Positions 55,290 through 64,000 of a stretch of 64,000 nucleotides of DNA are shown piece by piece. The DNA lies in contig JABGQM010000005.1 in NCBI GenBank assembly GCA_018648805.1, positions 49,433 through 113,432 on the forward strand. Reading direction: 5' to 3'. The DNA comes from Verrucomicrobiota bacterium. Lineage in GTDB: Bacteria > Verrucomicrobiota > Kiritimatiellia > UBA8416 > JABMPJ01. Position numbers and translations under genes: made by a program. Each line of letters opens with the position of its first letter. Within the stretch, counting starts at the first letter, position 1. Under the pieces are notes generated by a model, which did not search any database, was not told the origin of the DNA, and saw nothing but the letters and a program-made list of their open reading frames with translations.

Positions 55290-57926
55290 TTAGCCTGCCG
55301 GTGCTCTTTCAAGTTCTTTCCGCAGGGCGGCGGCCACCGTCGCAACATACGCGTCATGCAGGATGGTCGTGTGTTCACCGGGGATGTCGACATAATCGAT
55401 CCCTGCGCAGAGCCGGCGCCATTCGTGCTTCCACGCCTCCCGCATCCCCTCGCCGGATGATCTGAAGTAGGTGACCCGGCCGGGATAACGGCGGGCAATA
55501 TAGCGCCAACGCGCCTGCATATGTGCCGTGCGAATGCGTTCGTGTGGGTCAATGGCCATCAGTGGGTGGGGGGCGTTGCACGGACCTGTTGCCAGTGGCT
55601 CCCGATTCTCGCCCCGGGTCTTGCGAAACAGGTGCCTGTATGCGTGGGCGGCGACCCGTAAGGTGCCGTAGTAGCACTGTTTCATGTTGCGTATGGGGTC
55701 TGCCTGGGGTCGCTTGTTGCGCCCCTTGAGTGTATATCCGGGCGGCATGCGGGAGTCCAGCACCGCCAGCAGGTGTATCGGCATCTCCGCGGCATGAAGC
55801 TGTTGCGCCATTTCGAAGGCCACGACACCTCCCAGGCAGCGTCCTCCAATATAGTAGGGCCCGTGCGGCTGAACGTCGCGCATGGCCCGGACGTAGTGGG
55901 CCGCCATGTCTTCGATCCGATTCTGCGGCGGTAACCGTCCGTCGATACCTGCAGGTTCAAATCCGTAGACAGGGCGGTCGCACCCCAGGTGCAGGGCCAA
56001 TGATCTGAACCCCAGTGTGCTGCTGGCGGCAGGCGGAACCAGGAAGAGGGGCGGCAACGATCCCTGTGGCTGAAGGACCACCAGGCCATCGGATGCCGCC
56101 GGTGCCTCCTTCGATCGAATGATGTCTGCCTGGGCCGCGACGGTAGGTGCATGAATCAACGTGGTCATGGGCAGTTGCATGCCGAATACGTGCTCGATGG
56201 CGGCAAGGATCTGTACGGCATGCAGCGAGTCGCCGCCGAGATCGAAGAAATGGTCATCTGGACCGACGTATGGAATGCCCAACGTCTGCTTCCACATCTC
56301 GGAGAGGTCGTGTTCCACACTGCCTTTGCCGATGACCGTGGACCTGGTTGTGGCTGGCGGTTCGGGAAGATCCGGAAGCGCATTTCGATCAATCTTGCCC
56401 GTCGACGTCAGCGGCAGCGCCGCGACCGCGATGAAGCGGGAGGGCACCATGTATTCCGGGAACCGCTCGTGCAGCAGGTGCCGCAGATCGGTTGTTAGCA
56501 GGTGTTCTGGTTCATTCTCAACCAGGTAGGCGACCAGGCAGAGGTCGCCATTCTGGTCCTTGCGGGGCACGACCGCCACATGGTCGATCGATGCTGTATT
56601 TCTGATGGCTGTTTCGACCGCGCCTGTTTCAACGCGGAACCCGCGAATCTTGACCTGGTCATCCTGTCGTCCCGTGTATACCAGGCAGCCATCTTTACGT
56701 TGTCGTCCCCTGTCGCCTGTGAAATAGGTTCGCGCATTAGCCCCCGTGGCGGCGGGGCGGAATTTGGCGCGCGTCAGTTCTGGCCGGTTCCAGTAGCCCG
56801 GCGAAAGAAAACGGCTTTCCACGACGAACTCGCCGACGGTGCCCGGCGGCACGATCGCCCCATTGCTGTCCCGGACGGTGACGACCTTGCCTCGATGTGC
56901 ATACCCCACCGGGAGGTCGCTGCCCTTCAGCACGTCCTGGCCATGCAGAGCATACTGCGCATAGCTCAGTGTCTCGGTGGCGCCAATGTTGTTGATGAAG
57001 GTCGATGTTACAGGGAAGTGCTGTCGCCACACCTCTATGTCGCGCGTGGTGACCCTTTCGCCTCCCAGCCAGCACAAGCGCACGTCCGGGAACTGCTTGC
57101 CACGGGGGAGCGTGGCCGCCAGGAGGCGGAATAGGGTGGGTATACATCGCAGAAAGGTAATGCGCGCTTCAAGTAGCCATGCCGCCAGGTGGGCCAGTCC
57201 ATCCTGTGCCACATCGTAGGGATGTATCGATGCCCCGCACAGCAGGGCGCACAAGATCGTCCCCTGTGCGGAGATCGAGCCTGGTGTATGTAGCATCGAG
57301 AGGCGGTCATCGGCAGAGAGGGCCAGCCGGTCCTGCAAACAACGAACCGATTGCAGATAGGTGCGGTGACTATGAATCACGCCCTTGGGGGTGCCCGATG
57401 AACCCGATGTATAGATGATGATGGCCGGGTCGTCGGGGGCAATGGAGCGGTCCGGGTCTGGGAGGGCATCGGTCTTTGCGATGTCATCAATATTGATAAC
57501 CCGTGTCTGTGGGGATGTCACTCGCGCGGCGGTCATCATCGTTCTTGAGTTGCAGAGCAGGACTCGCGCACTGACATCGTTCAGAATCCGCATCAGGGCG
57601 GTGTCGGGGTCTGTCGGGGTGACGGGCACGGAAATCTTGCCGGCCTTCCATATTCCCCATGCGGCACAAACATAATCACAGCCAAGAGGCAGCAGTGCGA
57701 CGACCGGGTGGCGACCGGCATCGGTCTCGGCAAGAAGGGCGCCGGCAATCCTGTTGGCCTCTCCGTTGAGCTCGGCGTAGCTCAGTGTGCGTTCGCCGTC
57801 CCGAACGGCCAGCCGGTGCGGATGCCGCCGTACCTGCTCCTCAAACGGCTGCACGAACGAGGATCCTGTTTCGCGGTCCTCGACGGTCTCGATCTGGTGG
57901 GGCCAATCTGATCTGGCAGCAGTCAT
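55290..57926 (-). CDS. Stand-alone NRPS-like tridomain protein: adenylation (AMP-binding) domain, carrier (PCP/T) domain, and a thioesterase/alpha-beta hydrolase domain with Cys in the nucleophile position
   Basis: A-domain core motifs LSYAELNGEANRIA, IIYTSGSSGTPKGV, YTGDRGRQRKDGCLVYTGRQDDQVKIRGFRVE. Carrier motif FFDLGGDSLHAVQI. TE-like PLFLVPPAASSTLGFRSLALHL...YYIGGRCLGGVVAFEMA, where Cys replaces the usual Ser in the G-x-S-x-G position. Confidence 0.75.
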   Translation of the reverse strand: MTAARSDWPHQIETVEDRETGSSFVQPFEEQVRRHPHRLAVRDGERTLSYAELNGEANRIAGALLAETDAGRHPVVALLPLGCDYVCAAWGIWKAGKISVPVTPTDPDTALMRILNDVSARVLLCNSRTMMTAARVTSPQTRVINIDDIAKTDALPDPDRSIAPDDPAIIIYTSGSSGTPKGVIHSHRTYLQSVRCLQDRLALSADDRLSMLHTPGSISAQGTILCALLCGASIHPYDVAQDGLAHLAAWLLEARITFLRCIPTLFRLLAATLPRGKQFPDVRLCWLGGERVTTRDIEVWRQHFPVTSTFINNIGATETLSYAQYALHGQDVLKGSDLPVGYAHRGKVVTVRDSNGAIVPPGTVGEFVVESRFLSPGYWNRPELTRAKFRPAATGANARTYFTGDRGRQRKDGCLVYTGRQDDQVKIRGFRVETGAVETAIRNTASIDHVAVVPRKDQNGDLCLVAYLVENEPEHLLTTDLRHLLHERFPEYMVPSRFIAVAALPLTSTGKIDRNALPDLPEPPATTRSTVIGKGSVEHDLSEMWKQTLGIPYVGPDDHFFDLGGDSLHAVQILAAIEHVFGMQLPMTTLIHAPTVAAQADIIRSKEAPAASDGLVVLQPQGSLPPLFLVPPAASSTLGFRSLALHLGCDRPVYGFEPAGIDGRLPPQNRIEDMAAHYVRAMRDVQPHGPYYIGGRCLGGVVAFEMAQQLHAAEMPIHLLAVLDSRMPPGYTLKGRNKRPQADPIRNMKQCYYGTLRVAAHAYRHLFRKTRGENREPLATGPCNAPHPLMAIDPHERIRTAHMQARWRYIARRYPGRVTYFRSSGEGMREAWKHEWRRLCAGIDYVDIPGEHTTILHDAYVATVAAALRKELERAPAG

Positions 57927-58030
57927 GCGGCGTATCGTAAGGTCCGGCGCCCTAAATGCCAGCGTTGTTTTGTGCGCCTCCCTCGATTCGTCTTAACCGC
58001 GTGGCGGGGATGTGATACATAGTCGACATC

Positions 58031-60682
58031 ATGGTTGTGATTGGACTCATCGCGGCATTGTGGGCCGTTATTCTGGCAGCGGTCGCACGCATTGTGGCCG
58101 GCAACTTTGATGCCGCTGTGATGCGCAAGGGCTATGCAGGCGTCGTGTTGTTGCTTCTGGCGCTGGCATCCATCGCCTATTTTCGGCCGCATGAAGACGT
58201 CTTTGGCGGACAGGACCAGGGCGCTTACATCAATGCCGCCGTGACCTTCGCCCGTACCAAAACGTTGAAGCACGTCGATCCGCTCTTGGACGTAGTGCCC
58301 GAAGCACAACGTACCGGTTTCCACTACCGCAGTTCCCTCAGCGGGTTACCCACTTTGGCACATGTTTTGCGCCTTGAAGCCGTTGACTCCGCTAGACAGG
58401 TGCCGTGGTTTCAGCCCTCCTTTTCCTTGATATTGGCCCTGCCCGCCCTGTGCGGCTGGAGCGATGGGGTACTCTATGTCTCGCCACTATTAACACTCTT
58501 GATTGCCCTGGCCCTGTGGGGGCTGGCCCATCAACTTTGGGCGGGCCGTAGTGCGGGACTCATTGCGGCGGCCACGTTTCTTGCGTCGCCACTGCTTCTC
58601 TGGCATGGCCGTAATGCGCGCGCTGAACTGCCCGCTCTGCTGTTTTTGGTCTGTGGCGCTTCGTTGCTGCTACAGGCCATCCGGCCGAGGCCAGGGCGTC
58701 GGTCGTGGGACTGGGCACTTGCCGGGCTCTGTTTTGGCCTGGCCCCACTGTCGCATATTACCGCGGCCCCCATGTCGCTCTTGGCGGGACTGGTCCTGCT
58801 CGTGTTGATTCGCCGGGGACACAGGCATGGCTGGTTGGCTCTCGCGTTCCTGGTTGCGATGGCGCTGCTCTTTGTGGGGCAAACCCTCTGGATCACCGAC
58901 CCCTACGGCTTGGCCGGGGCCTTGCGTGTGTGTGGGCAGCATAGTGGACTATGGATAGTGTTGTTGGGCGCCATTACGGTCGGGGCTGCTATGCTTGCAT
59001 TGCCTCTACCCCTTGCAGTGGCCGTTGCGCGGCGGACGTGGCTTGTTCCGGCCTTACAGTGGGGGCTGGCCATTGTCGGGGTGGGGTGGTTGTTCGCGGT
59101 CGCTCGGATCGGCCCCAATCGTCTGTTCGGTGCCGGGAGCGCCTTGCGCATTGTCGGATTGGCAGACCTGGCTGGGTTTGTCGAAATCGCCGGTCCTGCA
59201 GCAGCGATCTGCATGTTGCTTGGGTGGTTGGTCTTGGTGTTGGGGTCGGGGGCCGGGTGGGCTCGGCGTGTAGCTGTTGCCGTCATTCTACTGCCCTGTG
59301 CCACGCTCGGTGGCGTAATATCCTCCGGCCTGCTCTACGGATCACGCTACATGCTGATTGCCATCGCGCCACTCGCCGCGCTCAGCTTGGTAGGGCTTTT
59401 CATGTGGCTGCAGTCGTGGTCGTGCCGCTGTCGCTGGTGTCGCTGGTGTTTAACCGGTTTCGTCGCACTGGCCTGTCTGTGGGGGGTGTATGCCCAGCGC
59501 CCCCTGCTATTCGAACGCGACTATCCCGGACTCAACGCCTTCATCCGGCGTGTTGCCGCGCCCATGCGAGGGGGTCTGGTTTTGTGCGAGTACTCACGCG
59601 TGGCGGCCCCGCTGAAATACTTGGCCGGCCTCGATCTGTTGGGCATCGACAGCGAGACTCAGCGTGACTACACAGCCATTGAGATTGGGTGGGCCGGTAT
59701 TATGGTCGCCCATCCGGGTCGCGCGGCCTACTTTGTAACCCCCTATGCCACCCCGCCGCTCAGCGAGCGGTTCACGTTCGAGCCCAAGGGCATCTTTACC
59801 TATAGCGGAGCACGCCTCCGCTCGGGTGCGAGCGAGGTCGATGCTGCGAGTTCTCCGCTGACCAAACAGCTCCACGTCTACCGTATGCACCCACCCACGC
59901 CGCCGGCCAATCCGACGCAACCCTTTACGCGCGCTATCCCGCCCATCAGCAGCATGGGGCTGCGCCGCTTCCATGATAACCGCATGGTCGGCCCCAATCA
60001 GCGCGGCATTGTCGTGCCCGTCAGGCCTGCCCCCCCGCTGCGCATCGGGGCGCTCAGCTCTCCCTCGGCCCCGGTCCGGATTGGGCTCGTACTCGTTAGC
60101 GATACCGCACCGTGTCTTACCGATGCGACGGCAGCCCCCATTCAGGTCCTTCCGCTGCAGCCCCCCTGGTGGCTGGCCGTGGCAGATCAGACCACCTTGG
60201 CGGAGGGGCTGAGCTCTGCCCCGGCCGGTCCGGCCGTGCGGCTGGTAGATGTCTGGAAACTGGGTGCCACACCGCAGCCGCTGACCAACTGGGCGGATGG
60301 ACTCGAACTTCAGGCGGTCGATCTGCCCTCCACCCCAGGCCGTTGGATGGCACAGGGAGCCGAGATTCTTCTCCCGGAACGGGCGTCTGGCACCCTTTTT
60401 GCTTTGTTAATCAAAGTGCGTTCCGCTGATGATGCCGTGGATCCACGTTTGCGGCTGACGGTTGCAGGAGGGGGCTCCCGTGTTTTTGCACTGGATCCCG
60501 CTAGCGGAGCGATGAGGTGGTATTTTGTCAACAGTGAGAATGGAAAGGAATCCGACCTGGATTACAGATGGGTGCGTATGGCCATGCGTCCGCCTTACCG
60601 GGTGCGGATCGGACGCTCCATGGGCGCACGCGTCGGTGTGCTGGCGGCGGCCTGCTCACTGCCCTTGACAACAGAGCCATGA
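58031..60682 (+). CDS. Large polytopic membrane protein (putative GT-C-like) with a C-terminal soluble domain
   Basis: N-terminus MVVIGLIAALWAVILAAVARIV. More than 12 TM helices across ~500 aa, then a ~350-aa soluble region. Contains an unusual CRCRWCRWC run. Confidence 0.45.
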   Translation: MVVIGLIAALWAVILAAVARIVAGNFDAAVMRKGYAGVVLLLLALASIAYFRPHEDVFGGQDQGAYINAAVTFARTKTLKHVDPLLDVVPEAQRTGFHYRSSLSGLPTLAHVLRLEAVDSARQVPWFQPSFSLILALPALCGWSDGVLYVSPLLTLLIALALWGLAHQLWAGRSAGLIAAATFLASPLLLWHGRNARAELPALLFLVCGASLLLQAIRPRPGRRSWDWALAGLCFGLAPLSHITAAPMSLLAGLVLLVLIRRGHRHGWLALAFLVAMALLFVGQTLWITDPYGLAGALRVCGQHSGLWIVLLGAITVGAAMLALPLPLAVAVARRTWLVPALQWGLAIVGVGWLFAVARIGPNRLFGAGSALRIVGLADLAGFVEIAGPAAAICMLLGWLVLVLGSGAGWARRVAVAVILLPCATLGGVISSGLLYGSRYMLIAIAPLAALSLVGLFMWLQSWSCRCRWCRWCLTGFVALACLWGVYAQRPLLFERDYPGLNAFIRRVAAPMRGGLVLCEYSRVAAPLKYLAGLDLLGIDSETQRDYTAIEIGWAGIMVAHPGRAAYFVTPYATPPLSERFTFEPKGIFTYSGARLRSGASEVDAASSPLTKQLHVYRMHPPTPPANPTQPFTRAIPPISSMGLRRFHDNRMVGPNQRGIVVPVRPAPPLRIGALSSPSAPVRIGLVLVSDTAPCLTDATAAPIQVLPLQPPWWLAVADQTTLAEGLSSAPAGPAVRLVDVWKLGATPQPLTNWADGLELQAVDLPSTPGRWMAQGAEILLPERASGTLFALLIKVRSADDAVDPRLRLTVAGGGSRVFALDPASGAMRWYFVNSENGKESDLDYRWVRMAMRPPYRVRIGRSMGARVGVLAAACSLPLTTEP

Positions 60683-60788
60683 ATTGGTATAGTGGATCCC
60701 CAAATAGCAGGTAGGTAGCCTGATACCCCGTGGTCATCCCGACGACGGGGAACTTGAACCAGTAAACACTAATATGGAGAATCATAAC

Positions 60789-62543
60789 ATGACGCTATAC
60801 AAGTATATCGCGGCAACGGCCGGCATGGCGCTGCTGATGGGTGCCTCGGCAAGCGCCACGCCGAGCACTGTCACGTTTGAAGGCGTGAGTCGGGCCGATG
60901 GGTCAACACTGATGCGCGCCGACGGCATTACATTTGATGTCACGGCGGGCGGAGTTCTGGAGCGGCTGGATATCACGGTCGCGGCGGACACCAATACACC
61001 GTGGCTGACTCACTCCCTCTCGAGCGATTCCACAGCACTGGCGACGTACTCCGCCACGAATGGCAACCCCAAGAGCGAAGGCATCCTCTCCATGGATGTC
61101 GAGCTTTCTTCGCCGACCCAGCTGCAGTGGAGCATCGAATTCAATACCGCGCATCCCGCCTGGCAGCGCCAGTTGATGGATGCCCCTTCCGTCGACATGA
61201 CCCTTACCGCAACGGCATGGGACGGTTCGGGCGGATCCGCCACGACCAGCCTCACCTATCGCGTCATGAATGCCGCCAAGGCGGACTACGACGGCGACGG
61301 GATCTCGGACAAATGCGTCTACCGGAAAGATGGCAAAATGGAGTGGATAAGCTCCAAGAGCGGGGACACCAACGTGACGACCCACGCACTGGAGGACGTC
61401 TATCCCGTGGCCGGAGACTTCAATGGCGACGGCTTGTGTGACTTCGTCTGGTTCACTAAAGCGAATGTCGGGCAGTGGGACATCATCTTTGCAGGGGACA
61501 CTACACTGCATGAGTATGTGTTTGGGCCCAAGAACTCGGTGCCGGCCGTTGGTGACTACGACGGTGACGGAGTTGACGACCTTGGCGTTATCCTGACCGA
61601 CGGACGTCTGCGCTGGTGGAAATCGACATCGCCGAGTAACTGGTTCGAATCGGTAGGTGGCTCGAAGATCATTAAGACGACCGGCTTCGGAGGCCCCGGC
61701 CTCAAGGCCGCCCAGGGCGACTACGATGGCGATGGTTTCTGCGACCGCGCCTGGTATGAGCCGAGCAAGGCGAAGTTCACTATTGTCAGCACCCTGAACG
61801 GCGGGAAAGTATGGCGTCGCTATCTCGGTGGCAGCGCGGCTATTCCCGTTCCGGGCGACTATGACGGCGATGGCCGGGCTGATGTGGCCGTCATGCATGG
61901 TGACCGCCGCGTTTCCTGGTTACGCTCAGACTCCGGCAATAAGATCAGACGCAAGACCATGGCCACGAGGGCCTGGCTGAGAAAGTACAAAGACGCCACC
62001 TTTGCTGGCGGCGACTACAATGGCGACGGTATTTCCGATCTGGTCTGGTTCCTCAATACGGGCGCTGCAGCTGGTAACACGTGGCATATGCGCCGGTCAG
62101 TGCGCACCCTTACCAGTGTGGCTTTTCCTGCGATGAATGTTTATTTCGGTGCGGAGGATTCTTACCCGGTGACGGGCTCTGTCGATGGGATCATGGGACC
62201 TCACCTTCCGATTATCTACCCCGCCAACTTCAACGGAACGCTCTGGAAGACGCCCAACCACTCGCACGACGGTACAGTCGTTCTCGTGGCCAGCTCGTTC
62301 ATGGCTGATTATCAAGCCGGCTTGTGGGAGAAGGCTGTGGTCTCGACTGACCCTTCGGGCGAGAACGTTCTGTTGCCGTGGGGGGTGGGTCGCATCGTAG
62401 CTCCGTATCATGAGCGTCCGGCCATCCGGTTCGACGTGCTGGGTTCGTGGTTCGGGCCCGGCCCGGTGTACATGGTGATTATCTATAAGGATGGTCGCCG
62501 TCAGCCCTGGTATCTCCCGAATCCGGGCTTACGCACCGAGTAG
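60789..62543 (+). CDS. Secreted FG-GAP-like repeat (beta-propeller) protein
   Basis: ATG at 60789 with GGAGAA 7 nt upstream; ATG at 60774 is an alternative start. Signal peptide MTLYKYIAATAGMALLMGASASA. Repeated DYDGDGxxD...W units: DYDGDGISDKCVY, GDFNGDGLCDFVWF, DYDGDGVDDLGVI, DYDGDGFCDRAWY, DYDGDGRADVAVM, DYNGDGISDLVWF. Confidence 0.55.
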   Translation: MTLYKYIAATAGMALLMGASASATPSTVTFEGVSRADGSTLMRADGITFDVTAGGVLERLDITVAADTNTPWLTHSLSSDSTALATYSATNGNPKSEGILSMDVELSSPTQLQWSIEFNTAHPAWQRQLMDAPSVDMTLTATAWDGSGGSATTSLTYRVMNAAKADYDGDGISDKCVYRKDGKMEWISSKSGDTNVTTHALEDVYPVAGDFNGDGLCDFVWFTKANVGQWDIIFAGDTTLHEYVFGPKNSVPAVGDYDGDGVDDLGVILTDGRLRWWKSTSPSNWFESVGGSKIIKTTGFGGPGLKAAQGDYDGDGFCDRAWYEPSKAKFTIVSTLNGGKVWRRYLGGSAAIPVPGDYDGDGRADVAVMHGDRRVSWLRSDSGNKIRRKTMATRAWLRKYKDATFAGGDYNGDGISDLVWFLNTGAAAGNTWHMRRSVRTLTSVAFPAMNVYFGAEDSYPVTGSVDGIMGPHLPIIYPANFNGTLWKTPNHSHDGTVVLVASSFMADYQAGLWEKAVVSTDPSGENVLLPWGVGRIVAPYHERPAIRFDVLGSWFGPGPVYMVIIYKDGRRQPWYLPNPGLRTE

Positions 62544-62645
62544 TTCTGCCGGTCTTTTGAAATCTGGAATGAGGTGTTGCACCAGGTGTAATACCTCATT
62601 CCGCTATATGCGAATATCTATCCAGACCCAACGGAGGACAGAGAG

Positions 62646-64000
62646 ATGAAGCCACTGAAGACCCTGACCATCATGGCCGCCTTGGCCTGTGTGGTGCCCT
62701 GTGCCGTCGCTTCGCCGGCTGGGCCTCGCATTGTGAGCGTGTCACCCCCGGGCGGATCCACCCTCACAAGAGGCAGTGGTGTGACCTTCGATGTGACCTC
62801 GGATGGAATCCTGGAAAAGCTGGACGTCACGATTGCCGTGGGTGCGGACGCGCCCTGGTTGAGCCACAGCTTGTCCAGCGACTCCACGGTGTTAGCCGCC
62901 TATTTCGCTCGAACGGGAAACCCCAAAGCAGAAGGCGTAGTGGCGATGGGCGTGGACTTCTCTTCGCCAACCCGCGCGCAGTGGAACATGGAGTTCAATA
63001 CCGCACACAGCGCGTGGCAGGCGCAGCTCAATGGCAAGCGCACGGTTGACATCACCCTGACGGCGACCGTATACAACGAGAACACGTCAACCCATTCCGT
63101 CAGTGTGACCTATCGTGTGATGAACGCCGTTCCGGCGGACTATGATGGCGATGGCCTTACTGACCGAAGCGTGTACCGGGAGAATGGCAAGCTTCAGTGG
63201 GTTAGGAGTCAGTCTGGTGACACCGTCGGCACCACCCATCATGCGGTCGAGAACGCCTATCCTGTCGTTGGCGATTTCGACGGCGATGGACTATGTGATC
63301 GCGGCTGGTTCAGAAAGGGTAATGTTGGGCGCTGGACTATCGTGATGACCACACGGGGCGTACTGAGCGAATTCTCATTCGGTGCGAAAAACTCATTGCC
63401 TGCGGTGGGCGACTACGATGGGGATGGTATAGATGACCTGGCGGTCATCTTGGCTGATGGCCGTTTGCGCTGGTGGGAATCTTCGTCACCGAACAACTGG
63501 TTGGCCACTACGGGCTCAACCAAGATCATCAAGACGACTGCTTTTGGGTTGCAGCGCATGAGGGCGGCTCCGGGCGATTACGATGGAGATGGCCTGTGCG
63601 ACCGCGCCTGGTTTGATCCGGCCAAGGCTGAGTTTACAATCGTTAAGACGTCAAGTGGCGGTAAGGTACTGACCCATAAGCTTGGGGGGAGCGGGGCCTT
63701 TCCTGTGCCCGGCGACTACGATGGCGATGGCCTCACGGATCTTGCCGTCATGGACAGCGACCGCCGCGTCTCCTGGCTCTGCTCAAGCAGTGGCGACACT
63801 GTGCGTCGCAAGACATCGGCCACGGCGGCCTGGTTGAATAAGTACAAACGCGCCGTTTTTGCCCCTGGCGACTACAATGGCGATGGCATCTCGGACCTGG
63901 TTTGGTACCTCGATACCGGTGTCACCGGTGGAGGGACCTGGCACATGCGTCGCTCGAAGCGCACGCCCACGAGCGTAACGTTCTCTGCCTTTAACACGTT
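62646..64000 (+). CDS. Secreted FG-GAP-like repeat protein, paralog of 60789..62543, 3'-truncated at the window end
   Basis: ATG at 62646 with GGAGGA upstream. MKPLKTLTIMAALACVVPCAVASPA is a signal peptide. Collinear with the upstream paralog (GVTFDVTSDGILEKLDVTIAVGADAPWLSHSLSSDST...DYDGDGLTDRSVY...). No stop before position 64000. Absent from the ORF track because it is open-ended. Confidence 0.55.
   Translation, partial: MKPLKTLTIMAALACVVPCAVASPAGPRIVSVSPPGGSTLTRGSGVTFDVTSDGILEKLDVTIAVGADAPWLSHSLSSDSTVLAAYFARTGNPKAEGVVAMGVDFSSPTRAQWNMEFNTAHSAWQAQLNGKRTVDITLTATVYNENTSTHSVSVTYRVMNAVPADYDGDGLTDRSVYRENGKLQWVRSQSGDTVGTTHHAVENAYPVVGDFDGDGLCDRGWFRKGNVGRWTIVMTTRGVLSEFSFGAKNSLPAVGDYDGDGIDDLAVILADGRLRWWESSSPNNWLATTGSTKIIKTTAFGLQRMRAAPGDYDGDGLCDRAWFDPAKAEFTIVKTSSGGKVLTHKLGGSGAFPVPGDYDGDGLTDLAVMDSDRRVSWLCSSSGDTVRRKTSATAAWLNKYKRAVFAPGDYNGDGISDLVWYLDTGVTGGGTWHMRRSKRTPTSVTFSAFNT

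Overview
This is a 64 kb high-GC bacterial window of roughly 62-65% GC, with no rRNA, tRNA or CRISPR. It has two parts.

Positions 1-12.8 kb hold a cell-surface module. It contains a 5'-truncated large ORF, a secreted protein with calcium-binding DxDxDG motifs, and an SHD1-domain protein. The main gene is a giant adhesin-like protein of about 2800 aa (FG-GAP repeats, MBG repeats, parallel beta-helix, FN3). Its C-terminus is built from a near-identical 279-bp tandem repeat.

Positions 12.9-60.7 kb are one dense island for building and decorating a secreted glycan or glycoconjugate. It includes at least seven large multi-TM proteins that look like GT-C glycosyltransferases (GT39/ArnT-like) with C-terminal extracytoplasmic beta-sandwich domains. 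There are two DPM1/GtrB-like GT2 enzymes that would make polyprenyl-phosphate sugars. A Wzm/Wzt ABC exporter is present, and Wzt carries a C-terminal carbohydrate-binding domain. There is a fused GT2-GT4 glycosyltransferase and two GT4 enzymes. The decorating enzymes are four sulfotransferases from three sequence families, two pyruvyl transferases with an FrhB-like Fe-S partner, and two methyltransferases. The MBOAT + AlgJ/AlgX/DltD-like pair is duplicated, and an IS element cleanly interrupts one partner gene. A stand-alone NRPS-like A-PCP-TE protein has Cys in the thioesterase nucleophile position.

The window ends with two paralogous secreted FG-GAP repeat proteins; the last is 3'-truncated.

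The most novel reading is a Dlt-like system that acylates or aminoacylates a sulfated, pyruvylated glycan (A-PCP-TE plus MBOAT/SGNH pairs), together with a possible sulfate chain-terminator for the Wzt exporter.

All calls rest on motif recognition by eye. No database searches were run.
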